A stretch of 46,715 nucleotides of DNA, the filler included, from Catajapyx aquilonaris (Eukaryota), in the NCBI GenBank assembly GCA_000934665.2. It is 2 parts of 2 records of this genome, joined end to end, with 100 filler letters (N's around TTAATTAATTAA, not from the genome) between each part and the next. Parts side by side here need not be neighbours in the genome. Positions count along the whole stretch, not along the records: positions 23,280 to 46,715 come from JYFJ02005716.1; 1 more part is not named here. The stretch is one strand, 5' to 3'. Below are positions 33,114-45,388 of the stretch, piece after piece; positions within the stretch are counted from its first letter, which is position 1, and each line of letters begins with the position of its first letter. The position numbers and the translations under genes are program-made. The notes under the pieces were generated by a model, which searched no databases, had not been told where the DNA came from, and saw only the letters and a program-made list of their open reading frames with translations.

Positions 33114-34349
33114 TATAATTATGCAGCATTAGAATATTTCAAGCCTGGGATTGGGTAAAATCTTTTCGCATAATAATAATAATAATAATCAGGGTAATAG
33201 TGGGAATAACAGACTGAATAATATTTGTATTTTTATCACCATGATACACCATATTCACAATACACACTTATGTGTAATGCCGTCATGGCATTTCACACCA
33301 CTCACTTAAATTCATGCCAGTAATAAAAATGATATAGACTCTGCATAAATATCCAGAGAGTTAATTTTAAGGCCACAATATACGTATATATTTAGAAGCA
33401 AAACTGAGCATGATGTCCATGGTATCATTAAAATCATTGATCTTTGACTGAAAAACTTGACTAGCACTGCCCTGCAAGTTTAATCTCATTTCCGCAGGAG
33501 GTTTTCCTTCTGTAACATGGCAGTGTGTGTTGTACTACTGAGTCAAATCTTGTGTGGCAGATCTGACCCACCTCCTCATCCTCATTCATTGCATACCCCG
33601 ACCCAAATGAAATAACTTAAGAGCAGCAAGACAATGTTGCTGCGGCTTGCATCTGATGAAACAGTATTCCCAGGTATCACGTGTCAAGAACAAGACGCGG
33701 CAATCACATGCCCTTGGGCAGGATTCATCCGCCTATTAGCTGTCTAATACCTTGTATTAATTGAAGGGGTCGGTGCAATACTGCCCTAACCCACCAAATG
33801 ACACAAATTGAGTTTCGCGCACTTCCATATACTACACTCAAATATCTAATAAAGTACACTGAGATTGTCCAGTTTCTGCCATTTGTTGGCGAGAAATCAA
33901 ACAATGTTTTTCTTGCTGCAAGGTTATGAATGCCTTTTCTGCAGCAAAACCGCCCTAACCCTCCATCTTCAAATATGGCAGCGCGTAGGTTGCAGCTGCG
34001 AGCAGCTGTGTCTCACGAGTCGGGCTTAAATAGTGAGCTTCTGCCTGATGACACCGATGTGGATGAGAGTACCTAAGATTCAGAGTTCGATCCTGCTAAT
34101 GATGATGTGCAAAGTAGTAGTCAATTGCAGCAAAATATAATAATAGTTGGGTCATTCCATGTCAAGACAGACAAGTTGGTGGCTCGACCATCTCATAATT
34201 TGATATATAAAAATCATTGAAGTGTTGCCAAAAATAAAGTTAAGAGCCTCCCAGGTGAAAATCCCACGGAGATATGGCAACGTCTTTCAGAAACAATGGA
34301 GATGGATTCGAAGGTCCATTTATTTCAGGTTAAGTTATTGTTGTACCCT

Positions 34350-35194
34350 CATGTTCATATTATATCAAATGAACTGTTGTGAGTTGAGGAACATTTTGTG
34401 GCAACGTGTTTAACCTAGATAGTAAAATAAAAATGCTAAAAAAAATCGCATTATTGTGCAAAACGGACCCATTTCATATGGTCCAATGTCATTGTTAAAC
34501 ACATGCTAAGTGTGTGGAATTAATGTGGTAGGTATCATCAGTCCAAAAAGAATTGTCCCTTGCGTCGAGCGGGCAGCCACGCGTCAGGATGAAAGGAACC
34601 AGTTAACTAGTTGCTTTCATCCTGACGCGTGGCTGCCCGCTCGACGCGAGGGACAATTCTTTTTGAACTGTTGATACATTGTCATCTGATCATTACTACT
34701 GTAGGGCAACATCAAGGTCAATCAGACTTGGACATAATAAATCATGAAATGTCTGGAAAAGCCCTCTATAGGCTACTCCATGTTATTTGATGTTGCGAGT
34801 GAACCATTTATGGTAAGTGAACAGTTCTTATACCGCTATGTTATGCACGAAAAGACGCTTCTGGTAACTTAAACCCAGCCCCACATTCAGAAAAATGACC
34901 CCAAAGATGACCAAATGAGTGGAAAACAGACATTTCAGAAGTTTTATTTCCAAGACTGCTTGACCTGTGATGTTGTCCTTCGACAGTATAGTAATGATCA
35001 GATGACAATGTATACCTACCATATTAATTCCACACGCTTAGCATGTGTTTAGCAATGACATTGGACCATATGAAATGTGTCCGTTTTGAACAATAATGCG
35101 TATTTTTAGCATTTTTATTTTACAATCTAGGTTATACCCGATTCCACCAAAATGTTCCTCATCTCACGACAGTTCATTTGATATAATTTACATG
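34350..35194. mobile_element. Long foldback element nested in the 33763-35510 element
   Basis: Arms pair over several hundred bp, e.g. catttcatatggtccaatgtcattg / caatgacattggaccatatgaaatg and cattgtcatctgatcattacta / tagtaatgatcagatgacaatg. Confidence 0.8.
34535..34674. mobile_element. 140-bp GC-rich palindromic insertion in the left arm of the foldback
   Basis: Near-perfect palindrome centred at cagtt|aacta; absent from the right arm. Confidence 0.8.
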
Positions 35195-35741
35195 ATCACT
35201 AAACTAACTAGTGATGCTTGTGATACGTTCGTGACCAAAATTTAGTTCGCATTACAAGTTGGGTGAAATACTGCCCTAACCCTTTTTTTCACACATGGCC
35301 ACCTTATTTTGTTCATTTTTAGAGCGGGTGGTGCATCATCATCATCATCATAATAGCACATAAATATCCCTTGTTAGTGCCTTGTACATTGGGGGAGATA
35401 TGAAAATTGTCCTATGGAAAATGTGATTTATGGGTCATCTCAAACTTTCAACTTCAGTTTTCTCAAAATCAGGTTTGGGAGGGTTAGGGCAGTATTGCAC
35501 CGATCCCTTCAATTATTAATATACATGATATTAGACAGCTAATCTTGGATGAAAAATTACTTACAAAAATAATTTATGACTAGGTGGAAGGCACTCCATC
35601 TTGCGCACACATGCTGCCAATATTTAAAACTCATTCATATCCATGATTTCTTACATGCATCATGTTGCAAAATTTTAAAATAGCACTGACATCAATAAAG
35701 GTACTGAATCTGAATAAAATAGTTATGTCGACAATGTAAGC

Positions 35742-37765
35742 TCACATGAAATAGTCACGCTTAAAATGCGCCTGGAGGTAGCGCAGTCTCTCACTGACAG
35801 GCTCAGCTGCTGGACAGGGTCCCCTTGTGATCCTTGCAGGAGAATTCTCCTTTTCTACCCCCATGGATTCTACGTTTCTCTTCATTACACCCATACGTTT
35901 CTTCCCTGTCACTACTGGTGACCATCCATACCGCTCAGGTTCTTTCAAGGGGCGTCCAAAGCACGACCGTTTCAAGCATCTCTCCTGTGCACGTCCATCC
36001 CGCTCAGGTTCTTTCAAGGGGCGTCCAAAGCACGACCGTTTTAAGCGTCTCTCCTGTGCAAGTTATCAAAATATTAAGACTTGAAATCATCTCACCACAC
36101 AAGCTCTACATTCAACCTGGAAGATGACAAGTTACCTGAAGCTGTTTGGAGTCCTCTCCAGGCCCTTTTTTCCCCTTCACCCAGTCATCAAGCAACTGAC
36201 TCCAATTCCATGGGAAGCCATTTCTGAAGCTCTCCGCAATGAACTGCGGGACGGAAGGGCCCCACTCTGGACGCCCCACCAATCTGACCCTCTCCTCCCC
36301 GGCAGTGATGAGTTCGCGTGGTGATATGGGCTTGTGAACCATAATCGACTGCAAGAACCTGTCCTCCTCCTCTTCTCCTTCTAGCCAAACCTCAGTCCCT
36401 CCACTGCTCTTAGTCACCTTCCTCAAGTACCAACGCTTCAGTGAATACTGAAATGCACACAGGAATGAAAATGTTGCAAAAATACATTATTCTCTCTGCA
36501 ATAGAATACCTGCTCCCTTGACTTCTGAAATGACACTGACGGTTTATCCTTTCCTTCTCCGCATGGTCCACTCGTCTGGGCCTTTTCTGCAGTCACTTGA
36601 CTTGAACCTTTAACTGCTGGTAACATGGCAGTCAAGTGGGTGGGAGTCAAGTTGGTGGGAGTCTTGTCACCAGAACTTTCTTCATTGCATGATGATATGT
36701 TTCCAAAAATGAAGGAATCGCATGATTCTATATCCCAATTGGCTGATGACAATGATGCACCCATGCTGCAATTTGATGACGGGACCAGCGTTGACTCAAC
36801 CTCTTCATCACCTCCGCCTGGAGCAGATTGCTGGCCTGATGCCTGCTTAAAACTGGTGTCTTGCCTTTCTTGCGCTTCATCAAGTTAATTAAGAGGGTCT
36901 CTTATTAACGGTGGGCCATTGCTAAAAACCCAATGCAGAATTGAAGCTGACAACTTACCTTGCTTAGCAATCTGACGGCTGATCTGGTCCCAGTCATTAA
37001 GCATCCATGAATCTGTACTAGAAACACCGGATGCTTCATCCCCCTCTGAAAATGTTCATTATTTACGTGTCATTAAAGAAGCACAGACACTCAACAACAA
37101 CAATCCCCTACCCAACCCTTTTTTGTACTTGTAGCTTACTATTAGCATGCTCTCCAGCAGTAGCCTGTGCCTGCTGAGAGTGGGCCAGGGAGGAGTCGAA
37201 ATCAGGGAGCTCAACTTTGTTGACGCTACCTGCTGCTGACGACGATGATGATGGGAATATGCTGTCCACGACAGCCTCGTATTTCTGTAAGCAGCAAGAT
37301 ACATATAATAATTATCACACACTTCCAATGGTTAATGCAAAGATGATTCCAAGACCAACCTTAGCTTCTGCAACGATGGTTTCCACCTTCTCCTTTGCAT
37401 GTGAATTTAACAGTGGTGCCTGCAGATAATAATACATTGGCAAACATTATTTTAACTCCCCTTGCACACACTACCATGGAAAACTATACCAGTGCAAAAG
37501 CCACCCGGCTGGTGAGAGAGGTGAAAGTGGCAGCAATGTCCCTGAGTACATGGGCAGCCACCTCCTCCACCACCACCAGGTTATGGCCTGCTGATGCTTC
37601 AGGTGGGGCGGCCCCTAATAGTTCCTGCTGGCCGCCACCACCACCACCTAGAGCCTCCTCCATCAGCCACTGGTAGTTGGCTTCCAGGTTGGTGATGTCC
37701 ATGGCCATGCGGACAGTCTCGGCCAGGGTCAGCGGGGGTCCACCACTCCCGCTCCTTCCCTCCAT
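35742..37765 (-). CDS. SANTA-domain protein, KNL2/M18BP1-like, seven exons, ~518 aa
   Basis: Exons 37765-37490, 37419-37360, 37284-37140, 37045-36959, 36874-36510, 36447-36136 and 36053-35742 join in phase with GT-AG boundaries. Exon 6 reads LKRWYLRK...VWLEG...QSIMVHKPISPRELITAGEERVRLVG...PQFIAESFRNGFPWNWSQLL, the SANTA pattern with its FxxGFPxxW signature. Confidence 0.8.
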
Positions 37766-38354
37766 GGTCAATACTCTCGTTTCGGTGGGCAGCTGCAGCC
37801 TATCGTGATTCAGCCGAGTCGTGATCGTCTGCTGACACTAGCTGTGCTCATGGAGAATGATTCCTGCTGGATACGACGAGGTTCGCATGCCTGATGCCTA
37901 TTACCACTAGCGACATCAGGAGGGGACCAGATGAGGCGCGACGCCGCGACCCATCCACCGCGCTCATTCAATTATTTCAGTCCATTGCCGGATTCCATCA
38001 ACGGCCAGCTGCGAGTGACGATAACTACTCAGCCCATGTCCGCTGCTCAATCACTTATCTGTGCCTGACAGACCCATCAGCACCAGCAGAATTATTAGAT
38101 TATACAGACAACTTTATTATTCCGCTGATGCTGCTGGTGAGTGGTGAAGGGCAATCGTCGTAGTTATCAGATATCAGGTGCTTAAAATTGAAATGAATCA
38201 AATAAGGTCAGTTGAAATGGGATATTCAGTTTGAGGGTTTCTCTCGTCAATAGCATATGTGCCTTGAATACTGTAATCTATTTTGACATTTGACAATCAA
38301 AAGTTAATTATTCTAACGCTTTGGGAAGTCACCTGTAATTTGTACATGGGTGTA

Positions 38355-39685
38355 TATTACCCCTGAAAAATGTCATGGCAATGCTAATTGGTAAAAAAGT
38401 CGCAGTGGACACGATAAATCTGGCAGATGGAATCTATGAGTTGAGTAGCATTTTACCTATTAAGCCTATATAGCCTATAATAGCCTTCTCACAAAATGTG
38501 GTGGTGCTTGTTGTGTATTCATTGCAAAGCACACTCATGCCTGGTTGCACCAACAAAATTACAGGTCCGATAGCTCCTAATGGACAGATAGGTAGACCTT
38601 TTAACATGTGCTATCGGTCCGTTAGGAGCTATCGGACCGGTAATTTTGTTGGTGCAACCAGGCATTAGACACTTGATTGAACATGTGAGGAAATGGTTAC
38701 TTGGCAAGATAACGAGCATTGTGACATTTGTGGTTTTGTTTTACTCCACGGCTTAATTTCGCGATGAATATATGCACGTACAGTACATTTGTCTTTCAGT
38801 TAAGTCTTCCCTTCAATGGCATTTTTCTCGTAACTACACTAATCTGCAGTGTCTTTTTAAGTGGTTATTTAAATCACCTGCATGCTCATCTGACAAATAT
38901 GAATTTGGTGAATCATGTTTTAATAACACCTTGTGGCCCCAACATCTCTTCCATATGCCTCATCAGAATATAAGTTGTATGATTATAACATTTGTTATTA
39001 GAATTAAGGTATAGATAGTAGACTATAGATAACATTAGAATATAGGTTTATGATTATAGCATTAGAATTAAGTATTGTTAGTAGACTATAAGATAACATT
39101 AGATTATAAGTGGTATAATATATTGTAACATTATTTTGTTATAATGTAATTTATATTCTAATGAGGCATATGGAAGAGATGTTGGGGCATACAAGTGTGT
39201 TATTAAAACATGATCATTTTCCACTAATTCATATTTGTGACATAGACATGCAGGTGATTTTCGGATAGGTGAACTTCAATGGCATTGGGCAAGTACAGTG
39301 GTGCCCTGATTATTGGGAAGAGACAGACTAGCCACTCAAGGTACTGCTAAATAATAAGCAGATTAGTTATGAGAAAAATGACATTGAAAGTAAGACTTGA
39401 CTAAAAGACTAATGCACAGTATGTCCATTTTCATCGCAAAATTGAGCCTTATTGGAGTAAAACCATAATGTCACAATGACCTTGTCATGCAAAGTTCGCA
39501 GGTTCAATCAAGTGTCGTATGCTTCGCAGTGAATACACAAGTAACACCATATTTTGTGAGAAGGCTACCACTTAATAGGTAAAATCCTAACTCAAACTCA
39601 TGGTATCCATCAGATTTAATGGTTTCAAAGCATTTAAACAAAAATACAAATGAGCACTGCGAGGCCATTTTCCAGGGGTGGTACA
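38355..39685. mobile_element. Old ~1.3-kb foldback element with AT-rich tandem core
   Basis: Paired arms such as gccccaacatctcttccatatgcctcat / atgaggcatatggaagagatgttggggc and tagccttctcacaaaat / attttgtgagaaggcta. Core 38970-39150 has repeated acattaga..ataag units. Confidence 0.75.
38537..38665. mobile_element. Palindromic MITE (Harbinger/Tourist-like ends) nested in the left arm of the foldback
   Basis: atgcctggttgcaccaacaaaattac...gtaattttgttggtgcaaccaggcat; absent from the right arm. Confidence 0.75.
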
Positions 39686-40869
39686 GCAGGAAACCCGACT
39701 GCCATTGGGCAAGTATATAGTGGGATGTGGCCTAGAAGAAAGGTGTAAATTCTTGCCTGACATGTACTAAAATGTAATGCTGGATATAGGCTTTGTTGTT
39801 AAATGTGGAAGAGGATTAGTCATGTCATTATTCACAATGCACTGTCCAAATCTGCAGTACAACAGTGAAGCTTATAGTCACTCTCTTCAGAGAATTGAAT
39901 GGAATTAAGGCGACTCGCATGCCTAGTTGTGCCAGTCATGATAACTTATTGTTGATCACCCATAGCTGTTTGTGATATCAGTGTCTCACAGTGTGGGCGC
40001 ATATTGGTCGTTTGGAACTTTTCTAATTGCTTTTGTACTGTCATATGTTGATCAAGTGACACTACTCCTGCATCACTGACCACCACGGTTTTTGATAATG
40101 TGCATCTGTTTATGCATGCTGCATTACCCTCAAGTGCCAAAAACTCATGGGATAGATATCCTCTAGCCGTGTGAAGTGCAGAAACTCATACGTGGCATTG
40201 ATTCCATAAGTTGAGCCATGCCATCTGGATGGATCTGGATAGCCACCTGCAGCTTCTTGGATTACTGAAGGTGCATGATTTTTGACCTCTTCACCACGTC
40301 TCATAAATGCTGGATAGGATTCAGTCTGGCCACATCATTCTCCATAATGCTGCTTGAACCAGTGGACCTGCTGATGAAACTGCATTAGCCTGCTGGAATT
40401 TCACATCGTCATAAAGCAGTGCCATGAGCTGTGTTCAGCACCCTGCCTCACGACAAAACCTGGCCATAGACGCCAGGGTGGTGTGATTTCAAAAGTTTCA
40501 TGTTTCGATCCCATGACTTTTGGCACTTGAGTCTTGCATAACAATGATTGCACAATCATGTGAACTGTTTCACCTGATTTACATTCTTGCATCTCTGTTG
40601 CTCTAACCAGGGTATTGTCTCCACGAGTCTCTGATTGGTTGACTCAGTCCCTTGCCCTTCCCCCTCTGCCTGCTGATGGGCGAGGCTTCGATGGATGGGG
40701 GTGAGTAGTACGGTTTAGTTAGGTGGTAGCAAGCCAACCTTGACCTTGTCAAGCTCATCCTGCTACCACCCCCACCAGATGAGGGCAGACAAATAGTCTC
40801 TATAGGTGGGCCAACCCAAATATGTGTGCTAATTGTTGTCACATGGATTGTTGGCATGATATGCATATG

Positions 40870-41703
40870 TGGGCCAATCCCCAAAATATGCATGCCATTG
40901 TAGTCACATGTGACACCTCAAGGATTGTTGCCGCCACGAGAAAACAATAGGAGAGGGCAGGATCCATCCATCTTGCCCTTGGGAGGAGCCATTGTATTGG
41001 AAGGCACAATAGACGAATGTGACATTTAAAACGAGGGGCACGCGATCCGAGTGTTATTGGGAAGGAAAATATATGTATTATTGAGAAGAAAAAATATGTA
41101 CAAATAAACTCTCCAGAGAAATTATGCCGCCGGTGTGCATAATCTTGCCCATTTTTATGCTATACCAGGCAAAACCAGGCAAAACTATCCAGCTTGGAAG
41201 GATGGAGGGAGGGAGTGAGGGGGTTCAGTTGGTGGGGGAAAAAAGAGAGGCTATGGTAAGCACATGTTATGCACAGGGAAGACACATGCATGCATGCCAT
41301 TGTTACCACGGAATATCATTGTTGACACCTCAAGGATTGTTGAGGCAACATGCGATCGGTGATAGAGGTCCTTTTGCAAGCTTATCCTCCCCAGAGAGCC
41401 AGATCCCCAGGTGGCCAAACAAACTCCAAATATGCATGCCATTGTTGTCACATGCATGCCAATTGTTGCCACGGAATATGTATTGTTGACACCTATAACT
41501 TTTTCAGCTTGGAAGGAGGGAGGGAGTGAGGGGGTTCAGCTGGTGGGAGAAATCAGAGAGGCTATGGTAAGCACATGTTATGCACAGGGAAAATAGGATT
41601 CTTGCGGGAGAGGAAAAAAGAATAAAAAAGAGGGCACAGAGTGTTATTGGGATGGGAAGAAAAATGTTAGTATTATTGAGAAGAAAAAATATGTACAAAT
41701 AAA
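40870..41703. repeat. Scrambled local duplications
   Basis: 41190-41280 matches 41505-41591; 41050-41108 matches 41639-41703; tgacacctcaaggattgttg and aaatatgcatgccattgt each recur. Confidence 0.75.
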
Positions 41704-41990
41704 TCTGGGTCACATATTGCATTTTGAAGCAAGACTCCATTTTCCAGCCCTTATAACATGGTAGATATTGCATTTAGAGATGTCACACAATCACACACAC
41801 GTAGACCCGAGCCTCAAGGACTTGCTACCACCTATAACTCGATTTTGAAAATTTTGGCGCTTGTTGCGTTTTGATTGGTCACTCCACACATCATATGCTC
41901 TGGATATTTTTTCTGAGACACATAATGGCATGACTTAAGCTACAATCAAATGGGGTAACGTTGGCCGACCGGTTGAACTTGCCACAATTC

Positions 41991-42110
41991 CAACAACAAC
42001 AACAACAACAACATCACGACATTTCCCTATGAGGGGTAGTCAGCGATGAAGGGAGATGCAAGCTAACCCAACATATGAACTAATAAAACTCATGAGAAAG
42101 AACCTGAAAA
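41991..42110 (-). mobile_element. Second copy of the (GTT)n-tailed retroposon end
   Basis: Reverse complement of 28650-28766. Confidence 0.75.
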
Positions 42111-42791
42111 AAAAACATTCCACACAATTCCAAAAATGTCATTAATGAATATTTAAGGTAACGTGTCATAAAAATGGGGCTTTCAATGACGTCATCATGC
42201 CATTACTGCAGCACAATTATTTAGCATGCTGTAGACAAAAAAAATCACCTGTGCCAAAATAGGTGAGCAAGGAGATAAAATATGTTAAAGTCCACCACAT
42301 GAAACCACCCAATTTTCATAGTGTGCAAACTTTATTTTGCAAATCAAGAAATTGAGAACCAATGGTATTGTCCATTTTTAAGAGATGAAGGTGAACTTTT
42401 CCAGTGGTGGTATTGTTTATTACTGCTTATGAACGTCGTTCCTTGAAAACACATTAAAAATTCCTATCAGAACTCGTTTCCCACAGTGCATTTGTAATGG
42501 GAAAATTCATTGACTTCATCAAAAAATGGTACCTCATGGTGTGGATAATTTTGTCATTTAGAACCTTCAAATACTTTGTGATTCATAGTTCCTGTACAGT
42601 TACAACATTTCTGTACAGAACCTATGAATCACATAAAGTACTTGAAGGTGCTAGGTGAATGATTTTCAGGTGCCAAATTCAACCTGTATAAATATTATTT
42701 CAACCTAGGACTGGCAGCTTATAGCTTGTCAGTACTGTAGGTATGGCAATTCAATAGTAATATTGAGTTATCAAAACATATTAGACTTGTA

Positions 42792-43447
42792 CAGGGTGTC
42801 CCACAAATTACGCTACCCAGAATTACTTCCATAACATCAACACAAATGAAGATATTGTGGTAACGAAATTTGAACTGAACTAACCTTGTCATGTGTGATT
42901 TGAAATGGTATCACAACATGTGTTGGAAATGGCCACCATTAGCGGCCAGGCAGGTCTCAACACGGCGCGACATATTTTGGAATGTTCTGGCCAGCATATC
43001 CTGTGGTACTGCCTGAATTTCCTGGACGATGTTTTTCCTTCAAGGCCTGGATGGACCGTGGATTGTTGCGGTACACTCTTCCTATCAGAAAGCCCCATAA
43101 GAAGTAATCAGGTGGCCACAGTCCCTTCGAAATGACTCGGTCGCCGAAGAAGGACTTGATTTCGGCCATGCTGACATGTGATGTGTGGCATGTCGTCCCA
43201 TCCTGTTGACAGGCTTGGGCCACGTTTGGATCAGGAAGCAAGGACATCCGCCGCGCACCACTGCTCAGGTGTCGTCTGGCCGATTCGTCGCTCCAGCGTC
43301 AGTATTACACCACCCACATTTGACAGACCCATTCCAATTCCTTTCTCACGTGTTGAGGTTGCTTGAGTTCAAATTCCGTTGCAATATCTTCATTTGTGTT
43401 ACAGTTATTAATGTAATTCTGGGTAGCGTAATTTGTGGGACACCCGG
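42792..43447 (-). mobile_element. Internally deleted Tc1/mariner (maT/rosa-like) transposon
   Basis: TA TSDs; long TIRs cagggtgtcccacaaattacgctacccagaattac. Transposase remnant QQDGTTCHT...FFGDRVISKGLWPP-DYFLWG...VYRNNP and C-terminal NGGHFQH. Confidence 0.9.
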
Positions 43448-44171
43448 TATAATATTCTAGAATAGAAGTAAGGCATTCATGTGGACCTGTTCAGTGTCAA
43501 AAAATCCACCATTATTTTGCTACAAATATGTAGGCCCTTACTGTATGTCACAGTATAATGTGAAACAAATTTTCACTATTTTTACTTTCCCAAAATCAGT
43601 GCTAGATATTTTTGTCATTTAATTCACGGTGTAATTGACTTACCTACTAGTAAGGCCTGTCACTGACTGTAAGCTGAAAGGAAAATGTCAAAATACTGTA
43701 TCCTCTTTACTTCTGTTTTATATTGCACATTGCTGACTGAGATATTCTAAACATTCTGCAAAGTTTTCTTATATTATCCACCATACATAATTATCTGAGT
43801 TCACCTCCAAACAAGCCAATTGGCTTGGGAATGGGATAATATTATATGGTAGCCTACATTTAAAAAAATAAAATAATTTGCCACACATTTTGACTTAGGT
43901 AAACAAGTTATACCTAAATAAGTGTAATCCAAAACATTATTGGGATGTCTTATCATACTAAAATAATCCCTAAATAAATTATTGTGCCATGGATGGCCTT
44001 TATGAAGTCACAGAAAAACTCCTGTTTTCTTATTCTTTATTCAGTAGCACCATATGTCTATTGATTGATACAAGAGTGCAGGTCACAAATTTCGAGAAAA
44101 AAACGAAAAAAACAGCTGGCATTTGGGAATAATGGGAACATAAATTGAATGACCTTTCTGAGTCAACGTGG

Positions 44172-45388
44172 CTATCCTGGTCGTCCTTTTACAACAGGCA
44201 CCATCCCATAGTCTTCATAAGCCAAAGAAAGGTTCTCCATGGGCTCAACGACCTGGAAAGAGACACAACATCAGCAAGTTTAGTAGTTATAATATGTAAC
44301 AATTTCCACAAAAGAATTTGTAAATACTAACTGGTTAATCACTTTCTGGAGCACATCATTGCTTTCATTGACCCATCAGCAGATACTTATTTATTTAATA
44401 ATTAATTAATTACTACAGTTGAATCCGGATATAACAGACCTCAAGGGACCACGGAAAAATCAGTCCGTTGTAACCAATGTCTGTTATAGCCGAACACAAA
44501 AGCCATATCTGGACGTGTGCCGGGACCAGCCTTTCGAGTCTGTTATAAGCGAAAGTCTGTTATAGCCGAGGTTGTTATTATATCCCGATTCAACTGCAGT
44601 TAATTTCTGGTGCCTTTTGGTCACCTGTCTCTCCATCCGAGTTCATCATTTTCACTATAGTGACTAACACCTTATTAATACGGGTGTGTGGATATCCTGC
44701 AAGTGATTTTACCTCATCGTTGGGATCACAAAGCGTGTACAGGCTCTCGGCATAGAGCATCACCTTCTTCCTCATGTTCCCCATAATCTCTGACTTGCTC
44801 ATGGGCGTATTTTCGGGCTTTCGCTCCTCATCACCCTTATCCTCGGCCTTTTCCTTATCACCCTTCTCCTTGCCACGTCCCTCCACTTCTTCATCAGATG
44901 AGGACGAGTCGTCAACCAGGCTGATAACTATCTCCTTGCCTGGCTTATTGGTAGGGTTAGAGCGGGTCGGGGCCAGGTTCCAGCTGATGTCTTCTGGCTC
45001 ATCCTTCTGTTCAATCGGAGGCCGCCTCCTGCGCCACTTTGCCATGGGATTCTGCTGGACCTCTTCTGGTGGGGGGGCAGGTCCCTCTGGATTTGGCCAG
45101 TACCTGACATACTCCTTCATGAGTGGGTAAAATTCATCCTTCTTCGCCTGGTTGGCATCCTTGGGCTTGGCCATGGGCCGCCTGACCGATCCCTTCCCAT
45201 GCCACTATAAAATGGAACGTGACTATAATATTGCTCTCTTTGGGTGCAAAATGTGAGTTATTTACCTCCCGTTGAGCCAACGAGTTGTCCTCTTCCTTGT
45301 CCTTGTTTGGGGTCACGCATTTGACCAGGAGAGACGAGGCCTCGTCCTCAGATCTACCTGCCCAGCTCCCTTCACCTGATGCAGCCAT
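44172..45388 (-). CDS. Hypothetical three-exon protein (~245 aa), disordered and charged, with NLS- and SIM-like motifs
   Basis: Exons 45388-45266, 45204-44671 and 44252-44172 join in phase 0 with GT-AG boundaries. Contains KWRRRR and EIVISLVDDSSSSDEE. No family recognised; start codon uncertain. Confidence 0.6.
44416..44596. mobile_element. Tigger/pogo-type MITE in an intron
   Basis: TA-cagttgaatccggatataac...tatatcccgattcaactg; same family as 14083 and 32932. Confidence 0.8.

Larger units (their letters stand above)
33763..35510. mobile_element. Non-autonomous DNA transposon with ~29-bp TIRs and AATT TSD (Sola1-like by TSD)
   Basis: gaaggggtcggtgcaatactgccctaaccc...gggttagggcagtattgcaccgatcccttc with aatt on both sides. 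Subterminal ctgccctaacc repeats. Superfamily assignment is an inference. Confidence 0.8.

Noticed and set aside
39900..40600. Fragmented minus-strand ORFs
   Set aside because: Could be a dead gene or transposase, but no motif was recognised.
44590..44670. C-terminus of the 194-aa ORF
   Set aside because: Probably intron read-through: a donor lies at 44670 and the stop is supplied by the MITE TIR.
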